Source of the DNA: Octopus vulgaris
Taxonomy: Eukaryota
DNA: 64,000 bases
NCBI GenBank assembly: GCA_951406725.2
Contig: OX597822.1
Location: 70,866,001-70,930,000, forward strand
Reading direction: 5' to 3'
Part shown: positions 63,991 to 64,000 of the stretch, piece by piece
Numbering within the stretch: the first letter of the stretch is position 1
Layout: every line of letters begins with the position of its first letter
Made by a program: the position numbers and the translations under genes
The notes under the pieces: generated by a model
Told to the model about the DNA's origin: nothing
Seen by the model: only the letters and a program-made list of their open reading frames with translations
Database searches by the model: none

Positions 63991-64000
63991 CACACACATA
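63715..64000 (-). mobile_element. SINE family A, cut by the window edge
   Basis: 3' half of the family A consensus, reverse orientation. Confidence 0.85.

Overview
AT-rich, microsatellite-dense animal genomic DNA. The SINE/LINE repertoire and (TA)n/(CA)n load point to an octopus or other coleoid cephalopod (inference). The only host gene I can support is the 3' end of a misshapen/TNIK/MAP4K4-family kinase on the + strand: the last two CNH-domain exons (8814-8953, 11417-11500), followed by about 12 kb almost free of transposons that may be a long 3' UTR or regulatory block. The rest is layered mobile-element debris: several tRNA-derived SINE families, RTE and R4/Dong-type LINE ends, mariner, hAT and TTAA-type MITEs, a Helitron, a Helentron-like element, Penelope fragments, and a decayed CsRn1-clade Gypsy element (about 30.7-36.6 kb) broken by nested insertions. 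Almost all ORFs in the supplied track are microsatellite or repeat artefacts. The most notable signal is RNA-level. There are about 10 minimal type-I hammerhead ribozyme motifs from several sequence families, including a 354-bp tandem dimer resembling a retrozyme whose palindromic stem III can be reconstructed from CpG decay. The kinase exon also has candidate A-to-I recoding sites next to an inverted SINE pair. I found no novel protein-coding system. All homology calls come from motif recognition by eye, not database searches.
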